Of a DNA stretch of 64,000 nt, positions 49,296 through 58,625 are shown piece after piece. The translations under genes and the position numbers were made by a program. The notes under the pieces are model-generated. The model was not told the origin of the DNA and did not search any database. It saw only the letters and a list, made by a program, of their open reading frames with translations. How positions within the stretch are numbered: the first letter of the stretch is position 1; each line of letters starts with the position of its first letter. Source of the DNA: Nitrospirota bacterium (GTDB lineage Bacteria > Nitrospirota > UBA9217); contig CAWBNQ010000001.1 in assembly GCA_963790205.1 (NCBI GenBank), positions 896,001-960,000 of the forward strand, in the 5' to 3' direction.

Positions 49296-52238
49296 ATGGA
49301 CAGAGATGCCGAGATAGAGGCAAAGACCCGGGAGGCGGGACGGGAGATCCATGCCGCGATGAGCGGCGCCCCTCCGGCGTTCGACTCCGCGAGGTGGCTC
49401 GGTCGCATCATGGACTGGGCCATTAAGAACGACGACTTCAAGCTGAGGCTCTTCCGTTTTATCGATGTCCTGCCTTCGCTCAAGACCGACGAACTGACCG
49501 TCAGAATCCTGCATGAATATTTCTCCGGCGAAACTGAGATCCCCAAGATCATTAGCAGCGGCATCGGAATGCTCTCGAAGGCAGGCCTTATCCCGCACCT
49601 GGCCGTTCCGCTGATACGAAAAAGCGTCGAATCCGTTGCCCGTGAGTTCATCGCGGGGAAGGGCGCCGAAGATGCCCTGGCAGCGCTCGACGATCTCCGA
49701 AAAGACGGGACCGATTTCAGCATCGACCTTCTGGGCGAGGTCGTGGTGAGCGAGAAGGAGGCCCGCATGTACGCCGGCCGCTACCACTCGCTTCTCGATG
49801 TGCTTCGTGCACGGTTCTCCACCGGGGCCCGCCCCGATGTTTCGATCAAGGTTTCTTCCTTTTATTCCCAGCTCGATCCCATTGACTGGTCAGGCTCGAT
49901 CGAAAAGGCCACGGAAGGGCTGCATCCGCTCTTCCGAAAAGCGAAGGACCTCGGGATCTCGATCACCTTCGACATGGAACACTACTACTATAAAGGGCTC
50001 ATTATTGCAATCCTGAAAAACCTCCTCGAGAAAGAGGAATTCCGGGAATTCCCGTCCATCGGCATTGCGCTTCAAGCGTATTTGAAAGACACGGCAAACG
50101 ATGTCACGGAATTGATAGACTGGGCGCGAGCACAAGGGAGGAGGATCGCCATCCGCCTCGTAAAAGGCGCCTACTGGGACTACGAGGTCGTCGTGAACCG
50201 CCAGAAGGGGTGGCCGGAGCCTGTGTTCCTGAACAAGGAAGAAACAGACGGCTCCTTTGAACGGCTCACGAGGTTTCTCTTCGAGAATATCGACACGGTC
50301 CGTCCGGCCATTGCATCGCATAATCTTCGAAGTATCAGCCACGCGATCGCCTGTGCCGAGGCCCTGAACGTTCCGAAAGAATCATTCGAATTCCAGATGC
50401 TCTATGGCATGGCCGAGCCGCTCCGCAAGGCAGTGCGTGAGCGCGGCTTCAACGTGAGAGTATACGCCCCGGTGGGAGATTTGATCCCGGGTATGGCCTA
50501 TCTCGTCAGAAGGCTCCTCGAAAATACCTCGAACGAATCATTCCTCAGAAAATCCTTCGGTGAGCAGTTGCCCCTTGAAGAGCTGATCGAGGCGCCGCAG
50601 GCGGGCAGGGTGTCCTCCGGCGAAGGTGCTGTCGACGCGCAGTTCCGGAACGAACCCCTTCTTGATTTTTCGATAGCCCGAAACCGTCATGACATGGAGC
50701 AGGCGCTTCGGGCGGTCAAAGAGCGCAGGGACAGGAAATACCCGCTTTACATCGGCGAGCGCGAGGTCACGACGGAAAGAGACATCGTCCCTCGTAATCC
50801 CGCCCGTCCACGTGAGATCATCGGCCGGGTGTCGTCCGCGTCGAAAAAAGAGGCTGATGCCGCGATCGAGGGAGCGCTCAGGGCCCGTGAACCATGGCGA
50901 AAGACGACCCCGGAAAAGCGGGCCGACTATCTCCTAAGAGCCGCACACGAGATGAGAAAAAAGCGCATCGAGCTTGCGGCGCACGAGGTCATGGAGGTCG
51001 GCAAAACATGGAAAGATGCCGACGGAGACGTTTGCGAGGCGATCGATTATCTTGAATATTACGGCCGCGAGATGCTGAGGCTCGGAGTTCCCGCGGCTCT
51101 CGGAAGCTACCCGGGCGAGGAAAACGAATATCGCTATGAACCAAGGGGTATCGGCGTCGTCATTTCCCCGTGGAATTTCCCTCTTGCAATCGCGACGGGA
51201 ATGACCTCCGCGGCGATCGTGACCGGGAACTGCGTGATCTTTAAGCCCTCGGGGCTCTCTCCAATCATCGGACACAGGCTCTGCGAAATTTTCAAGTCAG
51301 CCGGGCTCCCTGCCGGAGTATTCCAATTTCTTCCGGGACCGGGAAGCGAGACCGGGGAATATCTCGTTTCCCATCCATCCGTAGATTTCATAGCCTTTAC
51401 CGGTTCAAAGGAGATGGGTCTCAGGATCGTACAGCGTGCGGGCGAGACCGTGGAGGGACAGCGGAACGTCAAAAAAGTCATCGCAGAGATGGGCGGAAAG
51501 AACGCTATCATCGTGGACGAGACAGCCGACCTCGACGAAGCCGTAAAAAGCATCGTGGAATCGGCATTCGGGTACCAGGGTCAGAAGTGTTCCGCCTGTT
51601 CGCGGGTGATCGTTGTCGGCGATATATTCCAAGATCTTTGTGACCGGCTTGCTGAAGCGGCCAAAAGCATCAGGATCGGCCCGCCGGAAGAGCCTGGAAC
51701 GGTCCTGGGGCCGGTCATTGACGAGGTTGCAATGAAAAAGATCAGGACATATATCGGGATCGGGAAAAAGGAAGGCGCGGTGATCCTCGAAAGGAATGCT
51801 GCAACAGAAGAAGGATGCTTCGTCGGCCCGGTCATATTCGTTGACGTGAAGCCCGGGTCCCGTATCGCAACCGATGAGATTTTCGGGCCTGTGCTTACGA
51901 TCACGAGGGCAAAGGGCATCGACGAGGCCATCGGCCTGGCGAACAGCAGTATCTACGCACTGACCGGAGGCCTTTTCTCGCGTAGTCCCGCCAACATCCA
52001 AAGAGTGAAAGAGGATTTCCGCGCAGGCAACCTTTATATCAACAGGAAAATCACCGGCGCTCTCGTCGGCAGGCAACCGTTTGGCGGTTTCGGCATGTCG
52101 GGGACCGGGTCAAAAGCAGGGGGGCCGGATTATCTTCTTCAGTTCATGAATCCCGTCAGCATCGGCGAAAACACCATGAGGAGGGGATTCGCGCCGCTCA
52201 AGAAGGCTGGTATGTCACCGGTTATACGATGGAAATGA
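49296..52238 (+). CDS. putA: Bifunctional proline dehydrogenase / P5C dehydrogenase (short PutA)
   Basis: RLVKGAYWD, YLVRRLLENTSN, ISPWNFPLAI, EMGGKN, GQKCSA. Confidence 0.95.
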   Translation: MDRDAEIEAKTREAGREIHAAMSGAPPAFDSARWLGRIMDWAIKNDDFKLRLFRFIDVLPSLKTDELTVRILHEYFSGETEIPKIISSGIGMLSKAGLIPHLAVPLIRKSVESVAREFIAGKGAEDALAALDDLRKDGTDFSIDLLGEVVVSEKEARMYAGRYHSLLDVLRARFSTGARPDVSIKVSSFYSQLDPIDWSGSIEKATEGLHPLFRKAKDLGISITFDMEHYYYKGLIIAILKNLLEKEEFREFPSIGIALQAYLKDTANDVTELIDWARAQGRRIAIRLVKGAYWDYEVVVNRQKGWPEPVFLNKEETDGSFERLTRFLFENIDTVRPAIASHNLRSISHAIACAEALNVPKESFEFQMLYGMAEPLRKAVRERGFNVRVYAPVGDLIPGMAYLVRRLLENTSNESFLRKSFGEQLPLEELIEAPQAGRVSSGEGAVDAQFRNEPLLDFSIARNRHDMEQALRAVKERRDRKYPLYIGEREVTTERDIVPRNPARPREIIGRVSSASKKEADAAIEGALRAREPWRKTTPEKRADYLLRAAHEMRKKRIELAAHEVMEVGKTWKDADGDVCEAIDYLEYYGREMLRLGVPAALGSYPGEENEYRYEPRGIGVVISPWNFPLAIATGMTSAAIVTGNCVIFKPSGLSPIIGHRLCEIFKSAGLPAGVFQFLPGPGSETGEYLVSHPSVDFIAFTGSKEMGLRIVQRAGETVEGQRNVKKVIAEMGGKNAIIVDETADLDEAVKSIVESAFGYQGQKCSACSRVIVVGDIFQDLCDRLAEAAKSIRIGPPEEPGTVLGPVIDEVAMKKIRTYIGIGKKEGAVILERNAATEEGCFVGPVIFVDVKPGSRIATDEIFGPVLTITRAKGIDEAIGLANSSIYALTGGLFSRSPANIQRVKEDFRAGNLYINRKITGALVGRQPFGGFGMSGTGSKAGGPDYLLQFMNPVSIGENTMRRGFAPLKKAGMSPVIRWK

Positions 52239-52253
52239 AAGGCAGGTCTTTTT

Positions 52254-52388
52254 CTATGGCATAATGTTTGGAACATCACTACCCAATAGGACCAAGACTT
52301 TCATAGATTCCTCCTTTTTGGCTGCAACAAGGTCTTTGATTTCCACCACGTTGTTGTGGCCGTACCTGTTAATAAGCACTGCTTTCAT
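52254..52388 (-). pseudogene. Fused stubs of two gene starts (MDR oxidoreductase-like and flavodoxin-like)
   Basis: AGGAGG-ATG MKAVLINRYGHNNVVEI..., then a second AAGGAGG-ATG MKVLVLLGS... and a stop. Confidence 0.55.
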
Positions 52389-52638
52389 GTCTCTCCTCCT
52401 GAGATTCTTTTTTCAATAAGCAACTCATACCATAATTCTATCATCGCTGGTTTCGTGCGTTCAGCGGCGCATGCTCCTTTAGTTTGACCGCATTTCAAAT
52501 TAGTTCCACCAGTAACCCGTCACCGCGTCTCCTGTCAGAAATGTCTCCTTAATTCCCCGGGTCTCCTGTACCGGTTCCTCCCTGCCGCGCTATAATCGAA
52601 GTATCGAGGGAACTTTGCCTTGGGAAAGGAGCGGGGAC

Positions 52639-53025
52639 ATGAGCTACTATTTCAGCAAGACAGTGCAGACGACCTTCGACGATGCGGTGAGCCGGGTCAC
52701 TGAGGAACTGAAGAAGGAAGGTTTCGGCGTGCTGACGGAGATTGATGTGCAAGAGACCCTGAAGAAGAAACTGAATGTCGACTTCAGGAAGTACCGCATC
52801 CTCGGCGCCTGCAACCCGCAGTACGCGTACAAGGCCCTGGAAGCGGAGGACAAGATCGGCACCATGCTCCCCTGCAATGTCATCGTGCAGGAAATAGCGG
52901 GCGTGGGCGCTGAGATCGCGGCCATCGACCCGGCTGCTTCCATGCTGGCGGTCAAGAACCCGGAACTCGAGAAGATCGCCGGCCAGGTGAGGGATAAGCT
53001 CAGGTCCGTCATCGAAAGATTGTAG
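52639..53025 (+). CDS. DUF302 family protein
   Basis: GFGVLTEIDV, YRILGACNP, MLPCNV. Confidence 0.9.
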   Translation: MSYYFSKTVQTTFDDAVSRVTEELKKEGFGVLTEIDVQETLKKKLNVDFRKYRILGACNPQYAYKALEAEDKIGTMLPCNVIVQEIAGVGAEIAAIDPAASMLAVKNPELEKIAGQVRDKLRSVIERL

Positions 53026-53109
53026 TAAAAATTTTTCGTAGGCGGAAGGAACCACTTTTTACGCTGAATGCCTTGTAGATACACAATGAAGCATCTGCAG
53101 GAGGAAACC

Positions 53110-53454
53110 ATGCAGGTAATAGAGCAAGAAGGACTGAAAATGAACGTTGACGAAGACGGGTTCCTTGTAAGACTCGAGGACTGGACGGAACAGGTTGCGC
53201 GCGTTCTTGCCGCACGGGAAGGTATCAGGGATTTGACGGAAGACAAGCTCGATATCCTGAGGTTTATGAGGGAGTATTACCTGAAGCATCACTTCTTTCC
53301 GATCGTGCGTTACGTATGCAAAAATGTCCACCAGCCGAACAACTGTGTCACGGAACAGTTTCTGGACCCGGTCAAGGCTTGGAAGATCGCCGGTCTGCCG
53401 AACCCCGGCGAGGAAGTGATCATGTTCAAGGCCTGGGAGCCGCTCGGGTTTTAA
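53110..53454 (+). CDS. TusE/DsrC/DsvC family protein lacking the C-terminal Cys
   Basis: VDEDGFL...WTEQVA..LA..EGI..LT, MREYY, KIAGLP; SD GGAGG. Confidence 0.85.
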   Translation: MQVIEQEGLKMNVDEDGFLVRLEDWTEQVARVLAAREGIRDLTEDKLDILRFMREYYLKHHFFPIVRYVCKNVHQPNNCVTEQFLDPVKAWKIAGLPNPGEEVIMFKAWEPLGF

Positions 53455-53471
53455 CGGAGTCATGGAGCCAG

Positions 53472-53555
53472 TTTTGCGAGCGAAGCGAGGCAATCTCGGT
53501 TGTAAAAAAATCAAGGATGTCGAGATTGCCCGTCGGAAAAACGCTCTTTGCAATG
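53472..53555. repeat. REP-like palindrome (TTGCGAG...GCAATCTC / GAGATTGC...GCAATGA)
   Basis: ggcaatctcg / cgagattgcc inverted arms with outer ttgcga / ttgcaa. Confidence 0.6.
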
Positions 53556-53694
53556 ATAAAAAGGGCTGGCAACATGAGCGCACAGAGCGGGAGGCTGATC
53601 AAAGACGCAGTATGTTTTTAGCATTCAAAAATTTCACGAGGCGGGCTCTGTAGTTAAAGTTTTACAATACATTGATCATGATGGGGAGGAAGCA

Positions 53695-54429
53695 ATGATA
53701 ACGAAAGGCATCAAACAGGTCATCGCGGTAAGCGTGCTGGTCGCGTTCACGTCCTGCGCGACGAGCTACGTCGCAAAGCCCCTGCCGTTCAAACTGCCGA
53801 GCGCATACTCGAACGCGCAGGAGGCGGGCGGCGCCGTGATCGGCGCGAGGGCGTACGCGGATGTGAAAGAGGCAAAGGAAAATTTCGGGTTTGACATCAT
53901 CAACGCCGGCATGCTGCCCGTCGAGATCGTGATCGACAACAAAGGGCCGCATCCGCTCGAGATCAACGGGGCGCAAACGTTCCTCGAGGACAGACAGAGC
54001 AACCTGTGGCCGGTGCTGAACCGGGACCTGGCGTACGACCGGGCAACGAAGTATGCGCAGACCAAGGAAACCTTCAGTGAAGGGGCTCGTACGGGCTTTC
54101 TGGGGGCAGCAGCGGGGGCGGTTATCGGCGCCGCAATCGGCATCCTTTCCGGTCAGAACGTGGCTGAAACAGCAGGCAGGGGCGCGGCTGTGGGCGGCGC
54201 AGGCGGGGCCGTGATGGGCGGAGCGAATGCGTACAATGCCGACGACGCGCGGCATGCCGTAATCTCCGACCTGAAGTCAAAATCGCTCCAGGCAAAGTCG
54301 ATCGCTCCCAATGCGCTTGCTTACGGGTTTATTTTCTTCCCGGCTGAAGCGAAGACGGCAAAATCGCTGCGACTGCAAGTCGTTGAAAAAGACACGGGCA
54401 AGTCTTTCGTCCTGTCCTTCAGCTTGTAA
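53695..54429 (+). CDS. Glycine-zipper lipoprotein
   Basis: Lipobox FTSC, GAAAGAVIGAAIG...GAAVGGAGGAVMGG. Confidence 0.8.
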   Translation: MITKGIKQVIAVSVLVAFTSCATSYVAKPLPFKLPSAYSNAQEAGGAVIGARAYADVKEAKENFGFDIINAGMLPVEIVIDNKGPHPLEINGAQTFLEDRQSNLWPVLNRDLAYDRATKYAQTKETFSEGARTGFLGAAAGAVIGAAIGILSGQNVAETAGRGAAVGGAGGAVMGGANAYNADDARHAVISDLKSKSLQAKSIAPNALAYGFIFFPAEAKTAKSLRLQVVEKDTGKSFVLSFSL

Positions 54430-54526
54430 CTGCCGTTGAAGAAATGCGGCAGGTACGAGGGTGCTCTCTGAAGAAGCAACAAGAGGGGCCGAACTGGTTG
54501 ATGATAAAGCCGTCGCGAAGGGAGGG

Positions 54527-55474
54527 CTACACCTTATACTTTACCGAGTGAACGGTAATCACGGGGATTGATGCATTCAAGATCGTTTCTCGGGCCGTGC
54601 TTCCAAAATAGGCATTGAGCAGTGCATTCCTTCCGTGGGTCCCCATGACCACGAACGAAAAGCCTCTTTCACCCTCTTGATAAATTGCGCACGAGGACGC
54701 TATCGGCTTATCATCGACTTTGTAGTAACAGGGAACGCCGTGTTTCTCAAAGAAACGGACTTTCCGTTCAATGGTTTCGATGGCATCCTCCCGGATCCCG
54801 TCCAGAATTTCGTCGAGATTGAAGGGCACCCATCCTGAGACCATACTGCTGTCTCTCACAATCCTCCTGAAACTTTCGCCAAGACAATGAAACAAAACAA
54901 CCCCCGCTCCCATGCGCTTTGCAAGGGAAAGCGCATAGTGCTCGGCAGCGCGGCTGTTTTTGCCGAGATCGGTTGCAACGAGAATCTTCAACTGCTTCTT
55001 GCCGTTAAAATTCCGGCCATTTTCCTGGGCCGCGGGTCCGATCACCATCACGGGTCTTTTCGAGTGGCGGATCACTTCTTCAGCAACGCTTCCTATCAGC
55101 AAACGCTTCAAGCCTTGCCGGCCCTGCGTCCCCACGACGACAAGCTCCGGGGCGGCCTTGGACCGTACAGCCTTCAGGATCCGCTCGGCGGGCGGGCCGC
55201 CTTTTAAGGAACGGATAACGGGGACTTGAAACCGACGGCTCATCTCCTCCAGTCTTTTCTGATGTCGGGAATGCCATGCCCGGATGCGGAGTGAGTCGAA
55301 CCGGTCATGCCGGTACGCGTTTATATCCTCCACATAAAGGAGTTCGATGCCGGTATTGAGCCGCTTTGCCAAAAAAGAGGCGGCGCTGTATATCGCTTGC
55401 GAGCGTCTTTTCCCGGACTCGGTCTGGTTTTCGATGTCATCTGCAACTAACATTGAACGCTGCGGCATATTCAT
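54527..55474 (-). CDS. Tandem-domain universal stress protein
   Basis: VVGTQGR...IGSVAEEV; ILVATD; VMGTHGR...FGSTA. Confidence 0.88.
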   Translation of the reverse strand: MNMPQRSMLVADDIENQTESGKRRSQAIYSAASFLAKRLNTGIELLYVEDINAYRHDRFDSLRIRAWHSRHQKRLEEMSRRFQVPVIRSLKGGPPAERILKAVRSKAAPELVVVGTQGRQGLKRLLIGSVAEEVIRHSKRPVMVIGPAAQENGRNFNGKKQLKILVATDLGKNSRAAEHYALSLAKRMGAGVVLFHCLGESFRRIVRDSSMVSGWVPFNLDEILDGIREDAIETIERKVRFFEKHGVPCYYKVDDKPIASSCAIYQEGERGFSFVVMGTHGRNALLNAYFGSTARETILNASIPVITVHSVKYKV

Positions 55475-55748
55475 TCTCCCCGAGATATCGCTGTGTTTCG
55501 CATTACATTGCAATTATATACAATTTCTTCCACGTCGACCGATAACAATCAACAAATTGCTTTATATCTTGCTAGAAGATAGCACTTAGATCATAGTTTA
55601 TCAAGTCAAACACCCCGACGTCACGACCAAAGAGCGCAAAAGACCGAGCAGCGCATCCGCTTTTAATCGGTGAGCATGAAGGGGTGCTATAATTTGCTTA
55701 ATCGTTCGCCCTTGCTCACGTAGCACGCTGCATAAAAGGAGGACAGCA

Positions 55749-56885
55749 GTGAAAGGGATACTCAAAATCGCATATAAGCTGTTGGTGAATGACAAGGGCA
55801 AATTCGCTGCTTTGCTCATGGGCATAACATTCGCGGTCTTTTTGATGATCATGATGACCTCGATGTTCGCCGGCCTGCTGCACCGGTCATGTGCCACGGT
55901 TCTCAACATAGGCGCTAAGGTGTGGGTAATGGATCCTGCTGTCAATACCCCGGCGAACAGCATCCCAATGCCGGATTATGTATTATCCGCGGTGCGGAGC
56001 ATTAGCGGAGTCAAATACGCAGTACCGCTCTATTACGGCGGGGCGCTCGTGAGGCTGCGTAGCGGCGTCTATCAAGCGGTGACGGTCCTTGGGTTGGACG
56101 ACTCCAGCCTATATGGCAGGCCTGAGCTCATCGAGGGAAATATTGATGACATCTATGCGGAAAATGGCTTTGTTGTGGTTAAGGATGCAGAATTTCACAA
56201 GCTAGAAAATCCCCGGGTCGGCACCGAATTTGAGATAAACGATCACCGGGGTATCATCGTCGGCATTGCAAAAGTCACTACCAGCGGCCTGTTTGGCGTG
56301 CCTACCCTTTATACCACCTTTAACAGGGCCGTCACGTATATCCCCTCCACGAGATTTACCGACGCTTTCATTCTCGTCGATCCGAAGAGCAGCGACGCCG
56401 TGCCGTACATCAAGGAGCAGGTAGCGAAGCTCGGATACCTGGCACTAACGAAAGACGAGTTTATCCAGAAGACTTCCGATTTTTATACCTACCAGACGGG
56501 TATGGGCACCAATGTGCTCATTATGACGGTGATCAGTTTCATCGTTGGATTATCCATTTCAGGCCAGACCTTTTACACCTTTATCCTGGAGAATCTGGAT
56601 AAATTCGGCGCTTTAAAAGCGATCGGAGCAAAGGGGAAGGAACTGGTCTTTATGATCCTGTTCCAGGCGACATTTACATCTCTTACCGGCTACGGCCTGG
56701 GTATCGGCCTCGCCTCCCTCATTATAACGATCGCCAGACTAAGACTTCCCAGCTACGCAGCCAGAATAACCTTTGGAAATATCGGTTTCGCCTTTGTCAT
56801 GGTCGTGATCATTGCCAGCATTTCAAGCTATATCGGCGTCAGGAAAGTGCTCAAGATAGAGCCCTTCGACATTTTCAGAGGATAA
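55749..56885 (+). CDS. ABC exporter permease (DevC/FtsX-MacB type)
   Basis: GITFAVFL, large periplasmic loop, FGALKAIGA, EPFDIFRG. Confidence 0.88.
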   Translation: MKGILKIAYKLLVNDKGKFAALLMGITFAVFLMIMMTSMFAGLLHRSCATVLNIGAKVWVMDPAVNTPANSIPMPDYVLSAVRSISGVKYAVPLYYGGALVRLRSGVYQAVTVLGLDDSSLYGRPELIEGNIDDIYAENGFVVVKDAEFHKLENPRVGTEFEINDHRGIIVGIAKVTTSGLFGVPTLYTTFNRAVTYIPSTRFTDAFILVDPKSSDAVPYIKEQVAKLGYLALTKDEFIQKTSDFYTYQTGMGTNVLIMTVISFIVGLSISGQTFYTFILENLDKFGALKAIGAKGKELVFMILFQATFTSLTGYGLGIGLASLIITIARLRLPSYAARITFGNIGFAFVMVVIIASISSYIGVRKVLKIEPFDIFRG

Positions 56886-56886
56886 T

Positions 56887-57591
56887 ATGGCCAAACTGGC
56901 GGTAAAAGCCAACGAACTGAACAAGTGGTTCGGTGAGGGGGAAGCAAAAACGCATGCCGTCAGAGACGTCAGTTTCGAAGCCGACTATGGGGAAATGTTT
57001 TACATTGAGGGCCCTTCAGGGAGCGGAAAAACAACCTTGCTCAGTCTGATCTCGGGAATTCTCAGGCCGAATTCAGGCTCGGTGCAGGTTGAGGACAAGG
57101 ATATCTGGAACATGGCAAGCGACCAGATCGCCGATTTCAGGTTGAATAAGATTGGATTCGTTTTCCAAGATTACCACCTCTTTCCACGGCTGACAACGGT
57201 CGAAAACGTGGCGATCCCTCTTATCCTGAAAAGGCATGATTGGAATGAATCTATTAATGAGGCCATGAAGTATCTTGAAATAGTAGGCATTAAAGATCGT
57301 GCATATCTCCCGCCGGTAAAATTGAGCGGCGGCGAGCAGCAACGGGTGGCCATTGCACGGGCGATCGCGAGCCGCCCCGATATCCTGGTATTCGACGAGC
57401 CGACCGCATCGCTTGACGGTGACACCGGGAGAAAAATCGTGGATTTTGTCAAGAAGAATATCCTGAATGAGAAGCGGTGCATCATCATCGTTACCCACGA
57501 CAGCAGGATATTCGAATACGCCGACAGGATCATGAAAATGGAGGATGGCAGAATCCTCGGCATCGAAAAAGGAGGACCCCGTGAGGAATAA
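56887..57591 (+). CDS. ABC exporter ATP-binding protein (DevA/LolD type)
   Basis: GPSGSGKTT, LSGGEQQRVAIARA, DEPT, VTHD. Confidence 0.92.
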   Translation: MAKLAVKANELNKWFGEGEAKTHAVRDVSFEADYGEMFYIEGPSGSGKTTLLSLISGILRPNSGSVQVEDKDIWNMASDQIADFRLNKIGFVFQDYHLFPRLTTVENVAIPLILKRHDWNESINEAMKYLEIVGIKDRAYLPPVKLSGGEQQRVAIARAIASRPDILVFDEPTASLDGDTGRKIVDFVKKNILNEKRCIIIVTHDSRIFEYADRIMKMEDGRILGIEKGGPREE

Positions 57592-58543
57592 GATCATATT
57601 CATAGCTGCGATCATAGGCCTGCTAATCGGCATCGTGGCCTCCTACATATCCGGCATAGAGAAAAAGCCGCAGCCGCCGGCATTCAATCCGGCAACCAAT
57701 CCCTACACTAAGGGCATCTATGCCGAAGGCATCGTCGAAAGTTATCAACAAAACGGCGCGAACATTAATATCTATCCCGAGGTCCCGGGAACGATCAAAC
57801 GAATCCCGGTTTCCGAGGGGGAGATCGTAAAAAAAGGCCGTCCGCTGATCTTGATCGACGATTCCGTCCAGAGGGCAACTGTCGAGCAGCAGAAAGCCCA
57901 GATAGAGTTAGCAAGTGCAAGTCTCAAAAGCTCTGAGGACCAGTTGAACAAGCTAAGGAAATCATATGACATGGACCCGAGGTCGGTGAGTAAGAACGAC
58001 CTTGATAATGCGGAAAACACGGTCAACGTGGCAAAGGCAAATGTGGAAGTAATGCGAAAACAACACGAACTCGCCCAAACGCTGCTGTCCAAGTACACCA
58101 TACTGGCGCCCATGGATGGCGCGGTCCTGTCGATCAATGCCGCGGTCGGCGGCTACGTGTCCGCGCAAGGCTCGTACGACACCTATTCGCAGGGATTTAT
58201 GCCCATTCTTGTCATGGGGAGTTCGCAAACCTATATCGGTGTCAGATGTTATATCGACGAGATCCTCATATCCAGGCTGCCTCAAGAGTCGCAAATGCAC
58301 GCGCAAATGTTTATTCGGGGCACGAATATCGTCGTTCCTCTCGAATATGTGCGGGTACAGCCTTATGTATCGCCTAAAATTGAATTGTCGAGTGAAAGGA
58401 CGGAAAGAGTGGATGTCAGAGTATTGCCGGTAATATTCAAATGCGAGAGGCCCAAAAATATTTCTCTTTATCCCGGTCAGTTGGTCGATGTCTATATTGG
58501 AGAAACGGGTTCTGAAACAAGAAGTACCGGCACACAGCAGTGA
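57581..58543 (+). CDS. HlyD-family membrane fusion protein
   Basis: N-terminal TM, lipoyl half-motifs (VSEGEIVKKG, APMDG), ERVDVRVL; SD GGAGG with GTG start. Confidence 0.88.
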   Translation: MRNKIIFIAAIIGLLIGIVASYISGIEKKPQPPAFNPATNPYTKGIYAEGIVESYQQNGANINIYPEVPGTIKRIPVSEGEIVKKGRPLILIDDSVQRATVEQQKAQIELASASLKSSEDQLNKLRKSYDMDPRSVSKNDLDNAENTVNVAKANVEVMRKQHELAQTLLSKYTILAPMDGAVLSINAAVGGYVSAQGSYDTYSQGFMPILVMGSSQTYIGVRCYIDEILISRLPQESQMHAQMFIRGTNIVVPLEYVRVQPYVSPKIELSSERTERVDVRVLPVIFKCERPKNISLYPGQLVDVYIGETGSETRSTGTQQ

Positions 58544-58625
58544 CCGCGGGAAATTTATCTCGAAAAGGCGAATGTCATTGTATCGAAAAAAACCGACAAA
58601 CGGCGGGGAAACATCGAGAAAGATC

